Assembly (NCBI GenBank): GCA_963733195.1
Contig: CAVTCR010000065.1
Span: forward strand, 78,010 to 142,009
Direction of reading: 5' to 3'
Origin: an uncultured delta proteobacterium
GTDB lineage: Bacteria > Desulfobacterota > Binatia > Bin18
DNA: 64,000 nucleotides
Positions 46,594 to 55,074 of the stretch are shown here, piece after piece. Under the pieces are notes generated by a model. That model worked only from the letters and a program-made list of their open reading frames with translations. It had not been told where the DNA came from and did not search any database. Made by a program: the position numbers and the translations under genes. Numbering within the stretch: the stretch's first letter is position 1; each line of letters begins with the position of its first letter.

Positions 46594-48865
46594 CTAGAAA
46601 AAAAAGTGCCGAGGGTTCAACTGGTCTTCGGCCAAGGGGTTGCACCCGCCAGCCCATTTGTACAGGCACCTCATAGAGTCGGCCACGAGCAAACCGAGGC
46701 CAAAAGTGTCGTAACCCTGGAACAATAACCTTTACGACATGAAGTCCAATGTCCGGTCGGGTCTGGTCCAATACCAGTGTTTCAAGCCCTTTCTGTGCGG
46801 CACTCCCTACGCAGGTCATTACATCCACATAGAGATCATCAGTCCACTGCCGAGGATAGTCACGCTGTTTCTTCGGAGCCAAAGTCTCGTCAGGCATCAA
46901 ATAGGGTTGGTTTTCGCGGGTAGCAGTTTTCCACCATGAAATCGCCTCGGGGTCAGCGGACAGATATTGTCCGTCTTGTGCAGGCGAGCAAGGGGACACA
47001 GCCGGCAGCAATTGATTCACTTCCGTCAGGGCGCGAAGAAGAGCGATGTATGGGTCAAAGTGAGTACCGAACCCCAAAAGAATGTCTTCAACCTCCTTAT
47101 CGTTTCGGCGTGAGATCGCGGCAAAGGCGGGGATGTTGAAATCGCTTGTGATATCCAGCACCCACAAGTCGCGATGTAGTATCTTGTAATAGTCTTGCAG
47201 TTCCTGGAAGTATGGTTCGGAAAAACTGGAAAGATCTACCGCCGGTTTTTGTAAGCGGTTGTACCACCATAACGCGACACAATCACGCTCTATGAGTTCC
47301 ATGAAGCCCTGGAGTATGGCTTCTTCTTTGCTGTGGCCAGCGGCGCATCCGTTTGAATCTGCACGGGCGAACCAACTATAGTGCTTTCGCGAATACCCGT
47401 AGTAGCAGTAAGCGGTTGGAACGTAACGCGGTTCGCCATGGGTCAGCGACCACACTGGACTCCACTCGATCTCTTGAGCATCCTCAAAGGGCTCTGGCAC
47501 CCAACTCGACGGAGAGCCAATCGCATTCCAGGCTTTACGATCCTTCAACTGGGTCTCACTAAAAAGCATACAGTCACGAGGATGGATAGCCGCGCCGCCG
47601 AAATCTTTGAGCCTGGCGCAGAATACGGGCTTCGTCACCCTGAAAGACACCCGAGTAGCGTTCAATGGCTTCACATAAGGCACTGGCTTTGGCTTGGCTA
47701 GAATCCTGCCCTTGCCGGCTGAAGCATCACGCAAAGTTGCCTGAAGAAAATCCATGTCCCAGGTGTAATCTTTCGACGCATGAATAAAATTATGACCCGT
47801 GACATAGGACAGCACCAAGCCATGCTCTCCCATCCATGGTGTAGTCGGCTGAATCGTGTGCACGATGCCAGAGATGGACTAATGTGATGCTCAAGCTTCT
47901 TGAGTGTTTCTTCAGGGGAAAGGGTGCGATGTCCACCGTCAATGGTAAACACCTTCTTCCGGCTTTGCAGTATTATTGGCGCAGCTTGTCCAGATGCAAA
48001 AGCGGTCGGATCGCCACAGTGCGAGCACTGAGATCGTCGTACCACTGTATGACTACGTCGTGCCAACGAAAAAGAAGGTTGACAGAAACAACATGACTTT
48101 CGAGGTCTTCATTTCGTCCACGAACAATCCACTTGGCCGTCTCGGTTGCAGCGATGTTAAGCGCCGTGTGGATCGTTGGAAGGGAGAGCTGCCACAGCGC
48201 GAGCCATTGGGGGAGCAACATTCAACTTTTCTTGTACATAGCTTTCGACTTTACGAGCCCCGCGGAGCCGGTGGGCAAGGCACGCCCAACAGGCTGTCTT
48301 GCTGGAAGAAAGAGCGGCCCTAGCCACACCTCTGTCCCCACCGGTTTGACTAACAACCACGGGCGGTCACTGGCGAGAGCTTGTCGGTTGAATGTCTCCA
48401 AATCTGGGTGCAGGTAATCCTTGGTGAGAACGACCCAGTATTCCCCATTGTCCACGACTCGAACACCGAGTGACGTCAGAATCGTACGGAAGGGAAGAGG
48501 ATCGATGTCGCCACAGGAGATAACGGAGACAGGCACTTCCTGCAGACGCCTGGCAGCCTTTTCTGCGCCCCCATCAAACATGTCCCAGAAGGCCGCTTGC
48601 TCCAAGGGGAGAGACAGGGGTTCATCAACAAGATAACCCCTGCTACGTAACCTCATGAGGGCCGAGAAGATCTCCGAGGCAGGAAACTCATCCTGTAGGC
48701 GATTGATGATCTCATCGACCATGTGTTGACCGTTGAGAAGTGGCACCAGATAAGTGTACACGCCGCTGCGAAGCGGGACGTGTCCCTGTTCCGACAAGAG
48801 AACACGCCTTCTCCAGGAACAATCGCCCAACGAAACCACGGCTTGAATTGCGGTCGGGGGATCAT
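46594..48865 (-). CDS. TOMM leader-binding (RRE/ocin-ThiF-like) + YcaO cyclodehydratase fusion (frameshifted)
   Basis: PWLLVKPVG..WLGPLF...TACWACL..RL; DGGHR..PEETL; SNGCAAG; ELIERD; RALTEVNQ; DQTRPDIGL.VVKV.VPGLRHFW.RF..GRLY.VPV. Confidence 0.9.
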
Positions 48866-48929
48866 GGCTTCTCGGCTCCGTCGTCTTCTCATAGCCAAAC
48901 CGCCGAAAAGATCTATGCTCTCCGCGGGG

Positions 48930-49227
48930 TCAGCAGGTCAGCCGAAGAAAGAACTTAAAAAGAAGCGCTGCTGTACCATCTATGATACTTAGGAGCTGAG
49001 CATCAGAAAAATCGCGAGGGAGCAGGCGGATTAAACAATCTCAAAAAGACTATCAAGTAAGTAATATCAACATTAGCGAGATTTAATATTGCGGCGCATT
49101 TTCTTTGACCGCTTCATTGGGATCTGTCTCGAATAGGTCTTTGAAAGACGCATCGTTGTCAAGCTTGACTACTTCACCAGATAAACGCATATATTCGACC
49201 CCAATCGTCTGGCTTTATCGCTGTCAT
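48930..49227 (-). CDS. Putative NHLP-like RiPP precursor 2 (frameshifted)
   Basis: AGGGAG RBS; joined frames give MTAIKPDDWGRIYAFIW..DNDASFKDLFETDPNEAVK...RDFSDAQLLSIIDG-TAALLFKFFLRLTC*. Confidence 0.65.
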
Positions 49228-49239
49228 AATCGAGTCTCC

Positions 49240-49653
49240 CTGTGAAAAATAGCAAATTACTGACCTAACTGAACCAAGCGCATTAAGACTTTCTACAAAT
49301 AGCTCTCTTAAAGTAGAGCTACTTGCCCTATACCGTACCAGAAAGACCTCAGGGGACTTCTTCAGCTCATTATGCAGTATTGATTTGCCGTTCATGATAA
49401 TGGCCAAAAGCTGGGGGCAGTCATCTGGCTAAATTTCGTCTCTCCTTGCGCGAAAATATCGTCTTCATAGAACTCTATGTTGGGGATCACAGGATGAGGA
49501 AGAGGCCCGCCGAATTGCCCCTGAATCTGCCGATATGCTAGAAGCGGGTCGGTTTCGAGTTTCACTTTGAAGGAAGGATCTGTGCCAGCCTCCCGTAATA
49601 GCCTTGGCCCATGCTCGGGCCCAATACTTTCTCTCTAGGTCTCCGTTTGCCAT
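49240..49653 (-). CDS. Putative NHLP-like RiPP precursor 1 (frameshifted, 3' end uncertain)
   Basis: AAGGAG RBS; MANGDLERKYWARAWAKA..EAGTDPSFKVKLETDPLLAYRQIQ...QLLAIIMNG; paralogous to precursor 2. Confidence 0.6.
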
Positions 49654-49700
49654 AGCTCTTCTCCTTTCTTCCGCTAGGTTTCATCGCCTATGGGCCGACA

Positions 49701-51322
49701 TTATCCGTTCATCGCCTTAATGGATGGTGCAAAAAAGTAGCCGCCTCCTGTGGGGATTACCCAACGAGGCTGCGGTAAAGCCACTTCTTCAGTACCATCT
49801 CCAAACGCAATGCGAAACTTCCGAGGGAGGTTTCTATTATTTTGCCCGATGATCGGATCGTAACCTGGCTCCTTCTTATCTCTGAACCAAGAAGAATTCG
49901 CTACGTGTTTGTATATGTTCAAATTGATTTTCAATCGAGGTTTGGTAAGCAATGAAGAAGAGACCTCGGTCAACGGTATCGTCGATAGGGTCAGTAAATG
50001 TTGAGAGGGACCGCGGGCCGTACGGAATCCCGCGACGTAGCAGGCGGTGAGTCAATGTTTCATTTGTATCTTGATCGTCGCGGGGATTAGTCCTGCGTAT
50101 ATGAGAGGCAAAGGGGCAAACTTTTCCGTCAGGATCATCCTTTTGAAACTCGAAGGCGTTAATTCTAGGGTCCTTTTGAACTATATCTTTGCTATCCTTT
50201 TTAGGGTCGGAGAAAATTGGGGCTCCGTTCAGCCCGGCGACCAACACACATTTCGCCGAATTGCTGGGCTGTAAACTTGTATTGCTCGGCTTTATCTTTG
50301 TATTGCTCGGCTTTATCTTTGTATTGCCTGGCTTTATCGTGAAGAAACTTGTGGAAAGCTCCTACGTCCTGCCGTAGGCGGCGGATGACAAGGAAAGAAC
50401 CATTCCTGGCGAATTCCCGAATTTTATCATCAATCGCATTGAGGGAGTTTGTCCCTTCGTTCTTAGAATTCGTTGGATCTTGCCTAGGATACCCGAAGAC
50501 AAACTCGCCTGGCCACACGAGCTTCTGTCCGGGTTTGCCTTCATCTTCAGCAAGGGGGTCTTCACAGGGAGAGAGATAGTCATCTTTAGCGGGGGAGGGC
50601 TTCTTTGAGAACCTTCCTCGCACGCCTGGCTGTGATATTCCGTCACGAAAGCCAAAGTGCTCGTGTCCAGTGAATGGCTCAGGCAGGTTGGCGCCGTGCT
50701 GCTTGAAGATGATCCGGACACCGCTCCAGTCGGGCATCTCCTCGTTCGTTTTTGGCAGCGCGTATGTATAGATGCTGTCCTCGATACGGGCTACTTCATT
50801 GTACAGGTCAAGCTGATCGTCGCTTGCGACGATCAAGACGATGTCTGCTTCGTTCTTTGGTCCTCCTACTACCCAGGTTCGCTGGGTCCCCTTCTCTCCC
50901 ATCTATTGGGTCGCCGAGAATTTCCTTAGCCCGCTGCCAAAGCCCTGCCGGAAAAGGCGTATCCTTAAAGTCCCCATCTTTTTGAAGTCACTTCTAGCTT
51001 CCCAGGAGCGCAGAGTGCGAAAACGCGATATTTAGCCAGGTAGTTCTTCTTTGGGGGGCTTCCCCTGCCGCTTCCTTCTTTCGTAAGTAAACGTCCGAAA
51101 GCAAGCACCTGTTCCATAGTCGTAAGGGATAGAGTTCTCAGCCAGCGCCTGAAACTTATTCCCCATCCTCAATCTTCAGGAAAAGAAATGCCTGAAAGTC
51201 TTTGTTAAACCCGGGAATGATGTTGCCCTGGATATTCTTAATGTCGAGTACTGGCTCGTTAGCGTTGTTGTTCAGATAAACCCATCCTCTCGTTGATAGT
51301 AGATATGGTCATGTTCAGGCAT
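49701..51322 (-). CDS. Dyp-type heme peroxidase (frameshifted)
   Basis: IQGNIIPGFNKD, EHFGFRDGISQP (GxxDG), NGSFLVIRRLRQDV, CPFASHIRRTNPRD, LLRRGIPYG, GGGYFFAPSI. Confidence 0.9.
50277..50339. repeat. In-frame 21-bp tandem repeat x3 inside the Dyp gene
   Basis: ttgtattgctcggctttatct x2 plus one variant; encodes DKARQYK DKAEQYK DKAEQYK. Confidence 0.85.
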
Positions 51323-51349
51323 GGGATTTTCTCCTTCTTTTCAATAAGG

Positions 51350-51390
51350 CGTAACAACACCCTGAACAAATTGTTCATTTCGACTGAACA
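51350..51390 (-). promoter_or_regulatory. Conserved upstream motif, copy 4 (in front of the Dyp-RiPP operon)
   Basis: Plus strand CGTAA-caacaccc-TGAACA-aat-TGTTCA-tttcgac-TGAACA. Confidence 0.72.
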
Positions 51391-51411
51391 ATTAAAAAAG
51401 AGCAGCAATAA

Positions 51412-52404
51412 TCAGAGCTGCCACGGGCTTGGGAGGTTGAGGTTAGGGATATAGGAACAGGACATGCCAGTCTTAATTGTGGTCTTCAGATGGAGCCACA
51501 ATTCTGGATCAAGGGGCTCAATCTTCTGCAAGGCGGCATCGATGGCGCGCTTGACGTTGACCCGCGCTCTTTCAATGTGGGCTCCGTCGAATCTATCGTG
51601 ACCATTCATTCCAACCGCGTGGCGCAGTTGATCCTGCAACGCGTCAATTTCCTGCTCGATTCGCTCAGCTTGCTGCGGGTTATTTCTCTTTGCCGCTGCC
51701 AAGGTTTCTTGTAACTCGTTCAGTCGTTGCCAATAGGCAGCCTTGGCCTTTGCATCAAGAACTTCTCCTGCATGACCAAGGTCTTCATGAATGCTTCCCT
51801 CAGGAAAAACTTCTCGGGACCCCTCGCCAATGGCAGTCGTATCTAAGTCGCGAACATGGATAGCGCGGTGTGGGTGGCGAAGGAGATAGGCAATATGGTG
51901 GAGACCTTTGCTATCCCTCAAGCGATTCACTTTTCCCTTATAGGCAACCGTCCAAAGCTCTCCTTCTTTATGGAAGACTCGGGTGGGTGCCGTATGTTCT
52001 TGAATTCTCCGATCAATCAGCTGTTTGTGGGTTACAGCGCTGCGAACACGGGCGAGAAGTTCGCGATCATCGACAGGTTTAGTAAGGAAGTCATCTGCAC
52101 CAGCCTCGATTCCTCTCACCCGATCTTCTATTGCCCCAAGGGCAGTCATAATGATGACTGGAATCAGCTGTGTGTCTTCTCGCTCCTTCAAGGCACGACA
52201 GGCCGAAAAGCCATCCATCTCAGGCATCAGCACATCAAGGAGGATAACTGTGGGTGAATGGGTCACCGCCTTTGCCAAGGCTTCTGTGCCGTTGGTTGCG
52301 CTGACGGTCTGATAGCCTTGCTCTTCGAGTTCCTGCTCTAAGTAATTAATGTTATTGGGCTCATCATCGACGATGAGGATCGTAGCTGTTGAATGTATGG
52401 CCAT
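51412..52404 (-). CDS. Response regulator with a putative C-terminal DNA-binding/output domain
   Basis: Receiver domain (ILIVDD, LLDVLMP, FLTKP) + FHKEGELWTVAY..LRDSKGL...ERARVNV.RAI..AL..I...TG..CSY. Confidence 0.85.
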   Translation of the reverse strand: MAIHSTATILIVDDEPNNINYLEQELEEQGYQTVSATNGTEALAKAVTHSPTVILLDVLMPEMDGFSACRALKEREDTQLIPVIIMTALGAIEDRVRGIEAGADDFLTKPVDDRELLARVRSAVTHKQLIDRRIQEHTAPTRVFHKEGELWTVAYKGKVNRLRDSKGLHHIAYLLRHPHRAIHVRDLDTTAIGEGSREVFPEGSIHEDLGHAGEVLDAKAKAAYWQRLNELQETLAAAKRNNPQQAERIEQEIDALQDQLRHAVGMNGHDRFDGAHIERARVNVKRAIDAALQKIEPLDPELWLHLKTTIKTGMSCSYIPNLNLPSPWQL

Positions 52405-52724
52405 GACTTGACTCCCCCGGCCAGTTGCTGAGAATGTGTTAGTATGCCTCTCAGCTAGGCAATCTGCATTGGTGTGTCAGCTCGACCGCTGAGCCGGGCA
52501 TTCTCGTTTCCGCGGCTCTGTTGGCTATGGAACCGATGCGAGGATGCTCTCAGCATGCGAGACGATCTCCACCAAGGGTTATAAAGTAAAGTTTCGGTTA
52601 TTTCCCGTATTCCTCACTCTGACTGCGCCCCTCCACGAGCAGGTTGTTGATGTTGCTCTCTTTACGAAAAGATGAGCGTTGCTGTCAAGGTTCGTAGGAG
52701 TACAGTTTTATCTGAGGAATCCCC

Positions 52725-53147
52725 CTAGTTACGAGCGCCGAGGGACACGCCGAGTTGTTGCAGGAGACCCAGCGCATCCCAGTTAATCCACATTTCCTTA
52801 AGCTTGCCGTTGGCGATGTGACACGTCATCGTGCCCGTGGTCGTTGCCTGTTTCCGGGTTGGTGCGATCCCCATTATCTCTCCCAGGTGCGTGCCATGGG
52901 CGGTCCAGCGCCACACCACGATATCGTTTTCGGCAATCACTTCCTCGACGGTGTACTGCAGATCAGGAAATGCGTTGCGGACCATTGCGTTGTGTTGCCT
53001 GACGCCGTCGGAGCCGTGGATGTCTGCTCCAGTCGGATCGTGACCGATGAAACCTGGGGCGATCAGCTCATCGGTGAGCGCCGCGTTCCCTTTGTTCAAT
53101 ACCTCTTCGATATAACGACGGACCAGAGTTTTATTCGTAGCTGACAT
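52725..53147 (-). CDS. SnoaL-like ester cyclase
   Basis: NKTLVRRYIEEV, AFPDL, GTHLGE.MGIAPT, WDALGLLQQLG; AGGAGG RBS. Confidence 0.88.
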   Translation of the reverse strand: MSATNKTLVRRYIEEVLNKGNAALTDELIAPGFIGHDPTGADIHGSDGVRQHNAMVRNAFPDLQYTVEEVIAENDIVVWRWTAHGTHLGEIMGIAPTRKQATTTGTMTCHIANGKLKEMWINWDALGLLQQLGVSLGARN

Positions 53148-53175
53148 ACGAGTACCTCCTTTCCTGTTGTTTAGG

Positions 53176-53373
53176 TTACTTTGTCATGTCTGACCGCAAG
53201 CGGCGTAAGGTGGCGAAGGCGAGCTGTTCGGTTTTCCGAGAACTGACCCCGGGACTGGTAGGGACTGGAAATGACTTTCCGGTCGTCCAGGCGAGCAGCC
53301 AGGCCTGCAGAGCCGGTTTGTTGATGATGACACTCTTATCTTTGTGTCCTATCTGACTGGGGGGTAACATCAT
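53176..53373 (-). CDS. Small hypothetical protein
   Basis: AAAGGA RBS; lies upstream of the ester cyclase on the same strand. Confidence 0.5.
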   Translation of the reverse strand: MMLPPSQIGHKDKSVIINKPALQAWLLAWTTGKSFPVPTSPGVSSRKTEQLAFATLRRLRSDMTK

Positions 53374-53452
53374 TGACGTCCTTTCTTACCCTTGTACTTG
53401 TGAGTCCTCTCACTGTGTGAACGGAAGATACGCGCGTGAGAACAGAAAAGTC

Positions 53453-53491
53453 CTGAGGAAATTCTGAGGCGTTTCTGAGGTTCTTCTGTAG
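53453..53491. promoter_or_regulatory. 11-bp-phased CTGAGG direct repeats (putative wHTH operator)
   Basis: CTGAGG at 53453, 53464 and 53475, CTGTAG at 53486. Confidence 0.65.
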
Positions 53492-53774
53492 CGCTGCTGG
53501 GGCGAGTCAGACTGCTCGCCCCACTCCTGGGTGTTTGCCGTGGATCTTCGCAGTATGACGTCATAGTCTCCACCCTACCAGCGCGCATCTATATTATGCA
53601 GCCTCACGTCGCTTGGTAGAGGAAGGTGTTGCGTCAACTTTAAGTTTCACTGTCCGCTCTGTCATAACGGTTGCTTTTCTCTTGCTCTTCGCTGCAGCAT
53701 GTGAAAGAGAATAAAACCGGCGGGGAAAAAAGTCCTGAAGAAGAGGTAAGGTGCTTCTGAGGTCGGTCTGAGGG

Positions 53775-55028
53775 TAGGGTGATTGCACTAAAAAGCGTGT
53801 CCAAAAACGAGGTTAGCGAGGTACACCTCATCCCAGCCAGCCTTGAGCCGTTTGTTCTGAATCCCAAGTTTCGTGTGCGTGTCTTGGCGTAAGAGATTAA
53901 GCGCGATATGGCGCAACACGGCGAAATTCTCAGGGCCATGGCCTACGCGGATGCGGGAGTCATCTTCGCGAAACGCCACATCCAAGACCCAGTGGACACA
54001 ATTCTCAATCCCCCAATGAGCGCGGACCGCATGGGCAAACAACTGGACCTCATTGGGGATGCTCGCAATGTAATACCGCTGCTCAATAGTGACTTCCCCC
54101 TTGAGGTGGCGTTCCGATTCGACCATCCCCACGCAGCGGAGCTGGAGCCAGGCGCCTTTCTGCACGAGGTCTGGCGGGACCTCTAGTGTCCAGTGGCGGC
54201 GAATCTCCACCCGCCCGTGCTGTTGCTCTTCCGTCTCATAGGCCTGAAGAGAGATTTCCTCACTAATCGTGTCACGCGCTGCCTGAAACTGCTGAACCAC
54301 GGCCTCGTACAACGTGCCATGGTTCTGTTTGAGCGCCAGGACATAGTCCGCGTCTTGCTCGACAATTTGCTGGGCAATGGCTTTCTGGCACCCCATCGCA
54401 TCAATCGTCACAATACATCCGCTGACATCCAGGACGTTGAGCAACGCCGGAATCGCGGTGATCTCGTTTGATTTCTCCTCCGTCTTTACTTGGCCCAAGA
54501 CCACGCGATTGTGGGTGGCCCACGCACTGACCATATGGATGGCAGCTTTGGCCGAGCGCTGATCATAGGACCGGCGGAGCGTTTTCCCGTCAATCGCGAC
54601 AACCTGCCCCTGCGTCACCTGGGCCACCGCCTGAATCCAGCTCAGAAAACAAGCCTGCAACGCCTGGGGGGAGAGCACCGCGAATACCCGCCCAAACGTA
54701 TCGTGCGACGGAATCCCATGGGCAAGTCCCAAAAAACGGGCGAACCATTCTCGCTTCGCTCGCCCAAAGGTTTCCACCGCCACCCAGTCGTTGGCGCCAC
54801 ACAAGATGGCACAGATGGCGATGACCAGCACGTCTATCAGTTTGTGTTCTTTGTGCCGGTCGATCCGCGGATCAGCGAGGTCCCTAAAATGCTCCAGCAA
54901 AGCGGCGGTTCGATGCTCTTTCATGCGCAGACTCCTTGTCCCAACAACTTTCCTCCTCAAGAGTCTGCCATATCTCTCCCCCTCTGCTAATCTCTTGTTA
55001 TCTCTTAACTTTTAGTGCAATCCCCCTA
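53775..55028 (-). mobile_element. ISAs1 family insertion sequence
   Basis: 19-bp terminal inverted repeats TAGGG(T/G)GATTGCACTAAAA at 53775-53793 and 55010-55028 (18/19 match) flanking a transposase. Confidence 0.92.
53788..54924 (-). CDS. ISAs1 family DDE transposase
   Basis: [55 protein letters not shown]; intact. Confidence 0.95.
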   Translation of the reverse strand: MKEHRTAALLEHFRDLADPRIDRHKEHKLIDVLVIAICAILCGANDWVAVETFGRAKREWFARFLGLAHGIPSHDTFGRVFAVLSPQALQACFLSWIQAVAQVTQGQVVAIDGKTLRRSYDQRSAKAAIHMVSAWATHNRVVLGQVKTEEKSNEITAIPALLNVLDVSGCIVTIDAMGCQKAIAQQIVEQDADYVLALKQNHGTLYEAVVQQFQAARDTISEEISLQAYETEEQQHGRVEIRRHWTLEVPPDLVQKGAWLQLRCVGMVESERHLKGEVTIEQRYYIASIPNEVQLFAHAVRAHWGIENCVHWVLDVAFREDDSRIRVGHGPENFAVLRHIALNLLRQDTHTKLGIQNKRLKAGWDEVYLANLVFGHAF

Positions 55029-55074
55029 GGTTGAAGAATAGAGAAGGTGCTTCTGAGGTCGGTCTGAGGACGAT

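Noticed and set aside
49174-49407. 77-aa ORF read as an independent gene
   Set aside because: It splices the tail of precursor 1 to the start of precursor 2; an RBS and ATG at 49227 mark the real second start
51363-51377. TGAACAAATTGTTCA as a LexA SOS box
   Set aside because: The spacing is GAAC-N5-GTTC, not the N4 Cheo box or the alphaproteobacterial GAAC-N7-GAAC, and the downstream genes are not repair genes
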